Assembly: GCA_023920165.1 (NCBI GenBank)
Contig: CP089275.1
Location: forward strand, 2,108,001-2,172,000
DNA: 64,000 bases
Direction of reading: 5' to 3'
Source of the DNA: Curvularia clavata
Lineage: Eukaryota
The notes beneath the pieces are model-generated. The model saw only the letters and a list, made by a program, of their open reading frames with translations. It ran no database searches and was not told where the DNA came from. This document shows positions 49,648 through 61,959 of this stretch, piece by piece (position 1 is the first letter of the stretch; every line of letters starts with the position of its first letter). The position numbers were made by a program, and so were the translations under genes.

Positions 49648-52173
49648 CTAGCGATACGACGAGATAGACGAAGCACTACCCGTACTATTGCGCCTCCGTC
49701 TGCACCCCTCGCACTGGCAGTCCAACTCGCGCTGCGTCGAGCGGCGCATCCCAAAATCCGCCATTCGCCGTGTAATAAGACCAGACGCACCAAGACCCAG
49801 CTCGACTAACTTGTCTTCTCCAACGGGCGAGGCATCGGAGTACTCTTCTGCGGCCGTCTCTACGACACCCACGAGCGCATCCGTCTCCTTCAGACGCTGC
49901 ATATCAGCGTCTGTCATGGACCCAATAGCCGGTATGACGCCTTTGTCTAGACTATTCGTGATGCGTGCGATGGCTAGGGCGTCGAGCATGGCTGTCCAGG
50001 TGGGTACCTGGTAGATATACCAAGCGAGGTATGCGAGGCCGATGAGTTCGAGGAGGAGCAGAGCCGAGATGATGATGATGCCTGTGAGCGAGACCTCTGG
50101 CTTGGGGATGTAGGTTCCTGGTGAAGAGAAGAGGGTGCGTGCGGTGCAGCCGCTAGTCTTCTGGGAGGTTTGGACGAGCATGGCTTCGTTGGCGTGGAAA
50201 CTGGGTTTGGGTTAGTATGATTGCTTGTGATAGGGAGATAAGGCGTGTTTCTTGGTACAGATTCGTGTGAACGAGGAGAGGAAGAAATAGTAGGTTACGT
50301 ACACGCTGGCTGAGAGGTATCTTTCAGTAAACACCCAGTCTGAGAACAGGACATCGATAAACTTCTTCATGATCTGAAGTAACTTCTCATCGTCACTCAT
50401 GTTTGACTCGCATGCAGCTGCATAGTCGCGATAATTGCGGAATGCGGAGAAAGGCAACCGGTTTAGTCGACAGGTCTGTTCGAGCACGAGCGATGCGGTG
50501 CTGTTATTTGATTCGTTGGCAGCTGCGAATAGCGAGTTTTCTCCAAACAATGTCACGGCTGAGGTCATCAATGGGCCTGCCATTGTCATGTTCGACTTGT
50601 TGAAGGCAGGGCCAACGGGCCAGTCTGCCTCAATGTATCCGGGAAGTGGCCTGGAGGTAGGCCAGTTAGCTAGTATTCATCTCATATCCATTTAATGGAG
50701 TCCTTCTTACCATCCCGGAATATCTGTGAGCTTGTCCACTTCTGATGGCCGGCGCCACCGTCCTTCATAACTGCTCACTACTTGTCCCTGCTCGTCCACT
50801 TCCAATTTGTTACCATCTCTCCAGAAATCCGAAAGATAGTCGTTGAACTTGGCCTTCTGTGCCAATGGATCTGGCTCAACCCACTGTTCTAGTAGGGGGC
50901 CATATATTCCACCATTCCGATCGCTACCCAGCTCAAAATAACCTCTTGTAGTCTTGACAGTGCAGTGTTGTGTGTAGCTCACTGGTGCCTGATTCGTATC
51001 CGTCGAATTAGCATCTACGAAAATGTCCTCAACGGTGTCCTGTCTGCTCCGAGAAAGCTGCCATGGAAACTTTCCACGCTGGCCTGGAACACAGATGCGC
51101 ACTCCGAATCGACCGGAAGAAGAAAAATTGGATGTGAAAGGGTTCTCGCCAGCGCAAGTCGAGGGAAACGATGATTGCTCGATTTCATTACATCGGACCG
51201 TTGAGTTGAGTCTCATCGCGCGGTGTCGAAGAATGCCTGTTGTTGTTCCGTTGGGTAAGGCAGCAACAAAGAAACCACTGGCTGGCTGTGCCCAAGGACC
51301 CAGTTGCTTCATCTGAGGTACTTCTTTCAGCTCGAAGGGAGCCATGTTCTGCAAGTCTGGCCAAAGGTGCGTAGGAACCTCACTTGAGGAAAGCGAAGCC
51401 AATGAATTTTCTAGTCGTTGTACAACTGCACCTTCAGGTATGGTGGACATGTCATCTGGCTCTGGGTCAAACCCCAAAGGCATGTATCTTCCTCTGCGAA
51501 GGGAAAAAATCTGTGAAGCCGCAGGGTCGTCCTTCGTAGTCATGACCAAGATCTGTCCCGTAGTCACAAAGCCCTCTCGGATAGGCTGCTGGATACTGCA
51601 GATGAAGACAAAAAGTGCAGCCAGCCATAGAAACCCACTACCGGAACCGCTCTGTCTGGCTTTCGCTCCATTCCCTGTGGTACGGATTTTCCATGGCGGC
51701 CAGGCTTCGTAGAGTACGCTCGGGTTCGACCACCCGCCATCGGCTAGCGCAAAAGTTTGAGATATGCTGATAGTTTGGTTCTTCCGTCGCCTTTGCGTAT
51801 AGACGACTGCGGCTTGGGCAACTAATGCCGAGACGAGGGGAATCGTGACGACACTAACGAGAGAATTGAGCACTGCAAGGGCGTTGACAATGCATCGCTG
51901 TGTTGAAACATTGCTTTCTGTAAAATCGGTTTGAATGTACGAAGGCAGGTCCAATGGGTGATAGGCAAGCACACATGTCAGTGCCCAAGGTACAACCAGT
52001 ATGGGGACGTAGAGTGCAAGGACCCAAAGCGCACGATGTCTGTAGCATAACGTTGGTATTTCTGTAGGGCGCGTTCTAGGATGGACACCATTTTTCCTTG
52101 GTATCAGGGTATGTTGCGATTCAGTTTGTTCGTTCTCCACATGTGGCTCCTTTGCGTTTTGGAAGGGTGACAT
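49648..52173 (-). CDS. Multi-pass membrane protein of unknown function with a large lumenal or extracellular domain
   Basis: Exons 52173-50711, 50650-50303 and 50200-49648, with in-frame canonical introns 50651-50710 and 50201-50302. Three N-terminal hydrophobic helices, a Cys/N-glycosylation-rich middle and a C-terminal helix followed by PTWTAMLDALAIARI. Confidence 0.8.
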
Positions 52174-52934
52174 TGTGTGAACTGATCGTAACAGCAAAGA
52201 AACCTGGACAATGTTATATCCACTTTGTGGTCGGCGAAGAGGACGCCAAGCTAATTGCACGATGGCTACGCCTCCTTTTGAGGCCGGGGTAACGGTGTAG
52301 GGGGCCTGAAGGAAACTGACCCGACATCATTTAGATTTGAGGGTACCAGAGGCGAGCAAGCAACAGATTACGTGCTGTGTCTGTTGGCACTTATAAATAT
52401 GCTCTTTCATACAGTTATGGTTGGGAATTATTGAGCTCCAAGCTCAGACTTACTACGATAATGTTAACATTGAACATAGCCTGCACCACCACTTTCGGTC
52501 CGTTTTGCAACGGCGCAACAGTGGGGCAGATAGGCCCTTTGAAGATCCGGACCAAACAGAATTCCAATAGCAAGATTGATTAGCCATCCCGGTTTCGAAA
52601 ATGGTCCTTAGGACTAGGCGATAGGCGATGCTGGTGTATGGTTTTGACAAGGAGAGTCTCTTGGCAGAACGCCTTGGACCCTTTAATATCCGCAAACTAC
52701 AAACAACGTTAGCCAATGGTACCTTTCGGACTCACCTTTCAAGCAAAACATTCCAATACGCAAGTGTCAATACAATCACTCTCTTCCCACAGCCTCAAAA
52801 TACCAGGTGAGCCGTAAAGTGAATCTATTCAGCTCAACCGCCATAAGGGGAGAGAAAGAGATTGGCATGACTAAACGCTACACTGCACCATGTCTGCTAC
52901 TCAATTTCCCGTAATGTACAAATTCCCAATCCCC

Positions 52935-52964
52935 GAAAAAAGAAAAAGAAAAAGAAAAAGAAAA
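52935..52964. repeat. (GAAAAA)n microsatellite
   Basis: gaaaaaagaaaaagaaaaagaaaaagaaaa. Confidence 0.8.
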
Positions 52965-53244
52965 CAAGGCCCGAGGAAGAAGACGATTGCCAGAACATGA
53001 AAGGAAAGCGCTAAACTAAATCGCCGAACACTTTGTACAAGTTTCGCCAGAGATATTCAATGTCGGACGGTCGCGGTAAGTACAACCAAGGAAAATGGAG
53101 TAAACAGCAAAGTTTCGGTACTGTGTAGTTGCCTCGAGCAAATGAAGACTTATGTTCGTAAAACGGCAGGCAGTTACCACGGCGAAGATCTTGACCGAAA
53201 CCAAAGCATCCTTCTTTTTGCGTGAAACAATATGCCGACCATAT

Positions 53245-56200
53245 TCAATCTTGAATGACACTGAGGAGTGAGTCAAATATGTCATCTTCATCCTCGTCTT
53301 CATCGCCTTGATGTCGTTGCGCGTAGTCCTCAGCATCATTCGACTGCGCATCGCTGTCGTCATCGTTTTCGCTGCCAAAACCACTGTCGTCCCCAGAGAA
53401 ACTTGCGCCTTCCTGCACACCAATGGCAGCGTTGGCTACCGAGCTCGAAACACTCTCGCCATCTGTGACGCCACGCCAGCTTTGCTCGCCGTCATCGTCG
53501 TCATCGTACGCGTTGTTGTCGTCGTCTGGCTCCGTGTCACCCCCGTTATTGTAGGCGTCAAAGCCAGCACCCATAAAAGGCCCTGAGTGTGGGGTCGCAT
53601 AGGCAAAAGGGGTCGATTTGCCTGTCATAGCAGAACGTTGGCTTGGTCTGCTTGCGATGTCGGAGTAGGACCTTGGTAACGCAGGCTGCGAAGAGCAGTA
53701 TGGTGAAGGCGGCTCACGCGAACGCCGAGGGGTCGCATTCCATATTGGGACCTGAGGCTCTGCCCGAGCCTCCTCGTTTGGTCTTGGCGACGACGAATCT
53801 GTTACACGGCGTCTCTTGAGCCTCGACATCAGACTAGGCGTCCGTAATATCGTTTGCGAAGCAGAAGACTGTTTTAGTGAAGATGCATCGAGGCGACGTT
53901 TGGCCGAGCTAGGCGGAAATGTATCCATGATCGAAGCGGATACTGTGCGATTGCGGTAGAAAGATGGACGTCGGGGGGGATTCTCGCTCAACGGTGAAAT
54001 AGGATGCGTCTGCTTGTTCTTCAGGATGGAATTTGGCGTTATTGATCGCTGCCATTCTCGGCTTGCAGGCCGCATAGACAGCTGGACCGACTGGTTGCTA
54101 CCGAATGACGAATGCACACTGGCGGGGGGAGCATCATAGGCCTCAACAAACTGCCAGCATGCTTCCTTAGCATCCGCTTCAGGGACGTGAGATCGGCAGT
54201 TTTCATCATTGCCTTCCATTTGCGAGTCCTTGTCCGGTTGGTAGCGAGGTAGTTGTCGGAGTTCTGGCCATGACTGTTCCATGACAACAAATTCATTTCG
54301 ATCGACTTGCTGTGTATAGGCTTCTCGATGGGTGACATAGAGCCTCTTTTTTCCTCCAGATACTCGCATCATGACACCAGAGGCGAGGAATTGCGCTGTC
54401 CAGAAGGCTGAGCTTGACATCTCGGCTGGCGTGAGAAAACGAAGCCGTGAATCCCTGAGTACTTTTCGTAATGGTATGTATGACGCCCGAAGACCCGGAT
54501 AGGTGGCAATCATGGGGTTCTCGTCGCTGTCATCGTATTGCAAATGATCAAGCACGTCACTGAAAGCATTGGATAGCGTTTCCTGGACGTCTTTGGCACT
54601 CGCGCCCTTGAGCGTGATGTCTCGTACAAAACCACGGCTTTGAAGTCGCTTGTAGACGAGATTGTTGCTCCCACAGGCTTTGGGGAACAGCCAGTCACCA
54701 GTAGATCCTGCAGCCCAGTTGCTAATGTCTTGACTACTCCATCCACTTTCATGTTGGTGGAGCACTGAATCATTGCCCATTGTGGGAGCACCTGGATATG
54801 GACTCGAGTCTGTGTCTCGTCGACGGGCTTCTGATATTGACGTGATTGTACTGGCCCTGGAGCTTCGAGCTTGAGTCCACTCTTCAGAGTTTTGGGTTGT
54901 GGTCTTGTCGGCGTCATGCATTGATTCCTCTGGCAAAAACCAAATGCCTTGCAAATCAGGTCCCCATGGCAACAATACTACCTCGATTTCCCATGGAGCC
55001 AGTGATGTGGGGGGTGCGGCAGCTTCTAAAACATCCAATCTTTGCTTGATGTGGTCAAGCTCCATCTCTGTGTTTTTGCGATCCATAGCCGCAAGTATAA
55101 GAGCCGACGATGTTGTTGAGTTAGCAGAGTGGTTTGATTCAAAAGACGTATTGACATTCTCGATGCGCCTTCGAGTGAAGGAGCAGGAGCTGCCGTGTTC
55201 ATCTATATTCTGGTGCAACTTGTCATGCTCGTCCATACGGTGCTCTACCTCGATAAGCCTACCCTCATACATTTCGAGAGTCTGGTTCAGGTCTTCTGGC
55301 TGAACATAGTTAAAGGAGCCGTTTTCCAGCATATCGAGGCGGCTTCCGAGATCTCGCATCGTGTTCGCTACGTTTGGTATCGAGTTTAGCAAGTTATGTA
55401 GCGGGGCGAGATAGGACACAAGCTTTTGAAGTCCTTGAGGAGAGGCTGTTTGCAAGAGGTTTTGGAGTTGTTCCTGGGTCACTGAGGAAGTGTTTTCAAG
55501 CAAAAGCTGTGTGGGCACCGTGGCGTAGGTCGGCCGATCTGATGGGCTTGCTGCTTGCTGTTGCATGTCTGCAGTCACCTTTGCCAATGCGTCAATCAAG
55601 TTCTTCCCATCTTGCACAGCCTGATCCGCAACGCTCAGGTCTGGAGTATTTCCAACGCTCGGCGTTGCAACCTCTGTAGCGCTCTGCACGCAGTCTTCGG
55701 GATTATATGTGTTTGGAATGGTATCGCCAGGTATGTCAAGCTCTATGTTGCGGTTGAAGGGGAGGATTTGCTCGAGAATACCTCGTGAGGGACTGCTCGC
55801 GTCCATACTTTTGTAAGCTGGGTTTGCTCCGGCGAAGCTACGGTCAGACCTATTCTGGTTTGTTTGAGGGGTCCTAGCAATGTTGATGTCATCTGGTATG
55901 GTGGGCGTAGGCGACTGATGACGGTTAATGTGGCCTGTACTGTCCAATTGCATTGATGAAAGACCCAGACCTGCCACCGTGTGGTGCGACTGATTTACAC
56001 CATGCCTGTTTTCGCTGTTAGTCACTGGACGCCGCTCATGAGATAGCAAGCACACGGAGGGAATTCCAGGGAGGCCGCTGGTGCTAGCCTGGGATGGAGT
56101 ATCTTGACTTTGAGCTATGCGACCCAGCTCGCTGAGTTGGGTAGTCTGTCGCAGAGATGGCAGGCTGTGGCTGTAGTGTAAATTGAGGGACTCATGGCGC

Positions 56201-56598
56201 ATTCCAGGTTGGTCTCGACTGAGCAGAGGCTGGCGCAACCCAGTTTTGGCATCGCATTGGCCCTCACACAAGACATTGGTCGATGGCAGCGGGGCAGAAA
56301 TTGAAGGCGCACGCCGTTCTGACGCACGCGACGCTCTCAAATGGAAGCACGCATGATGACCGCACACACACCACGTCGAGCGCTCGCTCCTGGCGCTCTG
56401 CTCTGCGCTCTCATCATGAAGATCGGCACTGAGTTTGTCCCAAAACTGGTCACATCCACAATGTCCTACGCTGGCGTCGCGGTAGTTGCATGGTCCGTTG
56501 GGGAGCGATCGTCTCGAGGGCGGTGGCGCTGGTCGTAGTAAGGGCGCGCTGCTGGCGGACGGGGCGAGATGGGTACTGGAGTCTCGAAACCCAGCCAT
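53245..56598 (-). CDS. Hypothetical protein (1117 aa) with an N-terminal Cys/His cluster, coiled coil and acidic tail
   Basis: Single long ORF. CNY...CGCDQFW...WCVCGHHACFH, heptads around RLDMLE...RLIEVEHRMDE, ordered blocks WEIEVVLLPW and YKRLQSRGFV, D/E-rich C-terminus. Confidence 0.85.
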   Translation of the reverse strand: MAGFRDSSTHLAPSASSAPLLRPAPPPSRRSLPNGPCNYRDASVGHCGCDQFWDKLSADLHDESAEQSARSERSTWCVCGHHACFHLRASRASERRAPSISAPLPSTNVLCEGQCDAKTGLRQPLLSRDQPGMRHESLNLHYSHSLPSLRQTTQLSELGRIAQSQDTPSQASTSGLPGIPSVCLLSHERRPVTNSENRHGVNQSHHTVAGLGLSSMQLDSTGHINRHQSPTPTIPDDINIARTPQTNQNRSDRSFAGANPAYKSMDASSPSRGILEQILPFNRNIELDIPGDTIPNTYNPEDCVQSATEVATPSVGNTPDLSVADQAVQDGKNLIDALAKVTADMQQQAASPSDRPTYATVPTQLLLENTSSVTQEQLQNLLQTASPQGLQKLVSYLAPLHNLLNSIPNVANTMRDLGSRLDMLENGSFNYVQPEDLNQTLEMYEGRLIEVEHRMDEHDKLHQNIDEHGSSCSFTRRRIENVNTSFESNHSANSTTSSALILAAMDRKNTEMELDHIKQRLDVLEAAAPPTSLAPWEIEVVLLPWGPDLQGIWFLPEESMHDADKTTTQNSEEWTQARSSRASTITSISEARRRDTDSSPYPGAPTMGNDSVLHQHESGWSSQDISNWAAGSTGDWLFPKACGSNNLVYKRLQSRGFVRDITLKGASAKDVQETLSNAFSDVLDHLQYDDSDENPMIATYPGLRASYIPLRKVLRDSRLRFLTPAEMSSSAFWTAQFLASGVMMRVSGGKKRLYVTHREAYTQQVDRNEFVVMEQSWPELRQLPRYQPDKDSQMEGNDENCRSHVPEADAKEACWQFVEAYDAPPASVHSSFGSNQSVQLSMRPASREWQRSITPNSILKNKQTHPISPLSENPPRRPSFYRNRTVSASIMDTFPPSSAKRRLDASSLKQSSASQTILRTPSLMSRLKRRRVTDSSSPRPNEEARAEPQVPIWNATPRRSREPPSPYCSSQPALPRSYSDIASRPSQRSAMTGKSTPFAYATPHSGPFMGAGFDAYNNGGDTEPDDDNNAYDDDDDGEQSWRGVTDGESVSSSVANAAIGVQEGASFSGDDSGFGSENDDDSDAQSNDAEDYAQRHQGDEDEDEDDIFDSLLSVIQD

Positions 56599-58385
56599 GA
56601 ATGCTGATGGCTAAGCATCCCGCAGCGGACGCAATCTGTCTAGAATTGGGCCATATTCTCCGCGACTACAGAAGCTGTCGCCTCGTTAGCAGCTGATGCA
56701 GGAGGCGTAGACGGGCAAGCAGAAGGCATACCGAGGGAATTACGACGACTTGGGAAAACGGGGGAAATTTGATGGGGACGCGGCGCGGGTTATATACTTT
56801 TGGGGCCGGGGTGGGACGGCAGGGGAGACTAGGTGTGGAGGGGAACGAAGGCGTTGATTACTTTTGGGCCGTGAGTCTTGAGTCGCATGCGCACGGCGCC
56901 GCAGACGCTTCCCCGGAGTCTGGATAGGTGCAGGACGGCTCCCTGGATGCAAAGGCGCTGCGTTGATAGGCTGACAGCATCTTGGACGTGCTGCACGTCG
57001 AGTCTGGAGACAGGGCAGCCCTGCGAAAAGCAAACAAAAGACGACTCTAGCCATGCAATCTGTGCAGCGAGGCAATGGCGGCCGATTCCTTCAGCTGCGC
57101 CTGCTGCTGCTATGCTTCCGTCCATCGAGGGCACATGGCAGGCCTCTTGCCAATTGACTACTAGGCAGACGTGTGCGTGACTTGGTCGTCGTCAGCGATG
57201 CATCTGCACGCCTGTCGCGTATCTTGCCCATGGGCGGCCAAGACGGCTCGTAGCGTGGCTACAGAACGCGTTGCCTGGTCGTGTAGCATTGCATGCAGGC
57301 GTGAAGATCGTGCAACGCTATTAGTATACGTGCGCGTGCTCCTTGTTGGCACGCCCACAGGAAACATGATGACAATCCAGGTTGACACGTGACCGACTGC
57401 ATGACTTCAGCATGGTGCCAAGAACCTTCCTTATCTTTGCTCGTGGTAAGACTAACAGCCGTTCGTGATTGGCATATGACGTCCGTAAGCATACCATACA
57501 ATTGTCTGCCTTCATACGAGAAAGTGTATAGAATTTGAAAAAAAAGGGACGCCTGCCAGTCGTAACAAGCTCAGTCAACACTGGCCTTAACCATCCTTCA
57601 TACAACCTAAATGTCCCCTTGCTTAAGCGATGCGGACCAAGAATACAATACCGACGCATGTTAATATCACATAGCGAGCTGACTGGTCGAATACGGTGTG
57701 GAAACGGTGCCAACCGGCCTGTCGGTCAACTGGGTTTCGGTCCATTTCGACGACAATGTATTTGCTGGCTGATTCCAGCCTCGTAAGGGTCGGGCCGCAT
57801 TAGTTAGTGCAATTGCCAAGACGCTACTATCGGGGTTAGTAACTGGGTTGGATGCAACTTCTCTAGTCTTACAACAACCTGTAAAACTCTCACTCAGAAT
57901 CCATCCAATCACTACAGACATCTCCATGGCCTCGCAATTTGGGGCGCGCTGAACCATTCAAGACGCACATCGGGGACCGAGGGTTTCAATTCTACAAATA
58001 CTACGTACCAAAACTATGCCGAGGCGTCTCTTCCTTGGCAAAACGACGGATTCTTTGAAGCTGACTGAGCAAACCACATGAGATGAAAACATCGAGTTTG
58101 GCTAGTTTAGTATTGGGAGACGTTCGATTCGGTTTCTTGACAGCAGAATACTAATATGAACATGGCTAAAAGTGCCTGTTAGTTTCAAGATGAGCTGAAG
58201 CTTGTCGTGGGGAGCTGAACGACTCCCTGGAATAGAGGCATTTGACCAGAATAAGGACCAAACATTCGAGGCGCTTTTAAGTGCGATTAACTGCACCACC
58301 ATTAGCATCATCTCTCAACATTGCTCCTTACTCTTCATCTTTTTACGCTACTCAGATAATACCTTACCAACCCATGGTCAACACA

Positions 58386-58918
58386 ATGAAGTCGACTGGA
58401 GGGCAACTCTGGGTGGGGCTCAATTGCCACTGGAACCTCCAACTACTGTCAAGACTCCGAATAGTGAACACTGCTGCACGGAGTTGCGTGAATCAAACCC
58501 GAGGATCTGGGACCCGGCCTCAAGCATCAACCGTCTCTCCGCTACCCTTGCTGTTGTTTCTGCACGCGGTTCGACATGTATCGGGCAAATACACATTGAC
58601 GAGTCGTTCTCAAAGAAGCCAGTTGCTGAACTCTACTACGACAAAGATGGCAATATCAAGATGGGCGTGTCGCAATCAATCGAAGGTAATCAAAAACTTA
58701 TATCGGAAAGGTACCCAGTTGGGACCAAGTTCTCGTACGAGATCCGCTACGAGAGTGGCTCCTTTTCTGTCGTCCTGAACAGAAATCAAATATCCCTTCC
58801 CACGTACACCCTTAACAGTCCTCAGAGTTGCTTCAAAGCTGGGAACTACGTACAAGGCTCAGGCGTATCCGAGGTACATTTCCACGCCATACCTGTCTCT
58901 CATGGCACCACCTGGTAA
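58386..58918 (+). pseudogene. Degraded polysaccharide lyase family 7 (alginate/glucuronan lyase-like) gene
   Basis: PL7 motifs visible: TPNSEHCCTELRE (cf. RxELR), IGQIH and CFKAGNYVQG (cf. YFKAGxYxQ). The N-terminal WNLQL lies in another frame. No intact signal peptide. Confidence 0.7.
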
Positions 58919-59224
58919 CAGAATCAACTATCGGCAGCAAACAGCAGCTGCAACGCCCAGCCCGACAAGACTAGCGAAAACACGGCAACCTTCAACCTGT
59001 ACAGTCAGAATAGCTGCAGTACGCTAGTCGAGAGGATCAGAATTGGCAACCTGGGAATTTGTCACAACAGCGATGCCGCATTCACCAGTTTCAACCAGAA
59101 GATTATGCACAACCTCTTTGGTAAAAGCAACCATGCGCTCCTGTACTCCGGCCGCCGCTGCACTGGCACGGTCTGGCAGCAGGACCTTACCAATGCCGTA
59201 AAGTGCTGGCAAGGCGGAACGTAG
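58919..59224 (+). pseudogene. Remnant of a small Cys-containing secreted-type protein
   Basis: 101 open codons with no initiating ATG (only an internal Met), in frame after the PL7 stop: ...FNLYSQNSC...GICH...LLYSGRRC...KCWQGGT* followed by RSF. Confidence 0.4.
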
Positions 59225-59714
59225 CGGAGTTTCATGGCCGCTCCACCATCGCAAGCGAAAAGATGGGTATCCTAGAGCAGTGCCACGCATCCAAGGACGG
59301 TCTTTGTAATGAAGCGTCGACATTGCAATCTTCAACCGGCGGTTACTATGTTACTTTTCTGGTATATGAACAGCGATAGTGCAGGCAATGTTTGCTCTTG
59401 GAGCCTGATGAAAGACATACAAAGTTAGCAAAAGAGCATATGGAAGAGCATTAGAAATCTCTGATTGCTATATTAACATCCAGGGCGATATTTGAATTCA
59501 GACCATATTTTGCTCTCCATAACGAACTTCTGCTATGTCTAACGTTTGCCACAAACATTCAAATTTGGTGAAGAAAAGCCCAGAGAGCTCTCGGTGCACT
59601 TTACTAGAAAGTTTAGAAAATCTCCCCTGGATCCCGTGTACCCATACCACATCCTCGAGCAAATTCTGGATATCCAACGTTTAGTCAGGTCCGTAACGTT
59701 TACCTGTGGCCATA

Positions 59715-60583
59715 TCACTTCCCAGCCGCATCCTGCTTCCTCAGAACAAACCCAAAATACTGAAAACTATCCCCGCCTCCCATAATCTCCATATGCAAAT
59801 CCCATTCGTTATTCCTGTTTAATATAGGCTTGATGAAATGCGGTTGTCGGTACGTGATGTAAAGAAAGATACCATCATCCTTCAGAACTCTCAAAACCTT
59901 TATTTTAATCAGCATCCACCTTCCCCTTCTATCCCATCTACATCTGAAGACTTACCTCTTTAAGATAGCGCCCGCTATTCTCCATGACCTCTTCTGGCGG
60001 ACTCCACGGACTACCGTAGATCATGGCATCTAGAGTTCCTTTGTCGAATGCGACGTCTATCGAGGCCGTGTCGATGCCCTGCATGTCGCGCACATCACCA
60101 CAACGCCATTCTACTTCCGGTTGATCTGGGTGTCGGGATTTCATCAAGTCGACGACGACGGCCGAGAAGTCGATGCAGACTTGATTTGTGTAGCCTCGAG
60201 CGAGGAGGTCGTATGGGATGCTCTGGTCACGTGTTAGTGGTACTGGGTATTCCTTCTCTCCTTATACAAAAGGACATTAAAGAATGAGATTGATTAGAGT
60301 TTGCTGTAAGGAAAGAGAGTAGAAAATCCAATTCCTAATCATAACAATATATCAAGTACTGGAATAAAGAACTTACACTATCCCCACTTCCTAGATGCAG
60401 TATCCTACCCTGTTTCCCTTCCTCTCCTCTTCCTTGAAACAAGTGCTTTTTAAAAAACGGCTCCAGCTCACCAAAGGCACGGAACCACTCATGCGTCGGC
60501 TTGTCGCCTTCTGCCTTTTTGTACCGCTTATCCCAAAACTCGGAGTGGCCGAGGGCTTGGGCTTCTTCTTCGCTAGATGGCAT
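59715..60583 (-). CDS. Class I SAM-dependent methyltransferase, EEF1AKMT4 / METTL13-N-like
   Basis: Introns 60223-60376 and 59898-59955. FWDKRY...HEWF, motif I ILHLGSGDS, CIDFS, FDKGTLDAM and VLRVLKDDGIFLYITYRQPHF. Confidence 0.88.
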
Positions 60584-60890
60584 TATGTTATTTCTGCACT
60601 CTAAAGTCCCTGTTTTTTATGCCACTGCTCTGGTGTTTATGGTGTCCTAATCTTCTTGGCCGTTTATTTCGATTGTTTCGGTCTGGAAATTCTTGCAAGC
60701 GGGGAGAAAATCTGCTTGCTATGTACACCTTCTTGCACACCCTGACTGATTGAACGCGCTTGAGATCTGATACTCGCGAGTGAGTTATGCAAAAAAGACG
60801 CTATGCAGACTGTATCGAATGCGTTTTCAAGAGGAGCGGTCCTACCCAGGCGGGTGATTGAGTGCGACTGCCACGTACCGGGGTACCTAG

Positions 60891-61152
60891 CACCCGGTTG
60901 GAAAAAAAAAATAGCGCTATACTCAGCACAAGCCAAAATCGGTCCTAAACTACCAAGTTACTAACTTTGCAGGCCTAAAACTCTACTATAAGATATTAAA
61001 ATTGAAGTGAGCTTTCCAGCGTCTCTTCTTGGTACATGAAAGTAATCCTACACTTTTATTGTTCTTTTAAAATCAAGTAAGAAACAGAGGTGTTTATCAA
61101 TACAAAGTTGTGGTATTTCTGAGTCGCGCTATTTTTTTTTTCCAACAGGGTG
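60891..61152. mobile_element. MITE-like non-autonomous element (262 bp) with ~35-bp terminal inverted repeats
   Basis: Left CACCCGGTTGG-A10-TAGCGCTATACTCAG (60891-60926). Right CTGAGTCGCGCTA-T10-CCAACAGGGTG (61119-61152). AT-rich non-coding interior. Confidence 0.65.
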
Positions 61153-61959
61153 GCAGCCCTATGTGGGGCAAATTATTCCTGCTTTGGGTTTTGGCACCTA
61201 CACCAAGTGCTAGGAAGCTCTTTCAATACTGCAGTTAATGTGTGCGAGCTCGACTGTTTTTCCTCCCAGCGTACTCTGTGAAAAGACTGTAGTTGCCAGA
61301 TTCAAGATCATACAGCAGCCTACCTTACTGTGTCAACGATATGAACACCCACAGAGATGGATATCATTTTTGGAAGCTATGCGCCAGTTGAGTGCGATGT
61401 TGAGAAGACCCATTAAAGAGAAGCAGACTGTGAACCAAATACCACACGAATCGGTCACATTTTGACAACACTATGTCAACACCACTTGGCATCATAATGG
61501 TTTTTTATTCATCTACAATTGAGATCAGCGAGTGGAGCTGCTTAGTTGAAGTCTTTGAGTAGCCTTGTTCAATCTACAGCATATATTCATGGGGTATAGA
61601 CTTAAATCCTTCAAATCGGAAGAGACCAATTTTGCAAACTGGTCGCAGCCGAATGAGCGTTCTGAACCCTTCATGCTAGCGCTAAAGAAAGACAGTATCT
61701 CGGTGCTGCACTATCAGGACGCAGCTGTGAGGCTCGGAAGTCTGTCGAGCGCATTGAATCCAATTTCCAATAATGATTTTTGATATTTTTAAGCTCAGTC
61801 TGATACCGAGCTTTCCTTGCTTACGATTTCACTGTGGTTCGACTCGGTAAAAAGACGAAGTTCCGTTGAGTACCATGGTAAGAACAGGTGCAGCCAGAAA
61901 CGAAATCCAGCTCAGTAGCCAAATCTACGAATATCTCGAACAAAACGCCTTGGCATTTT

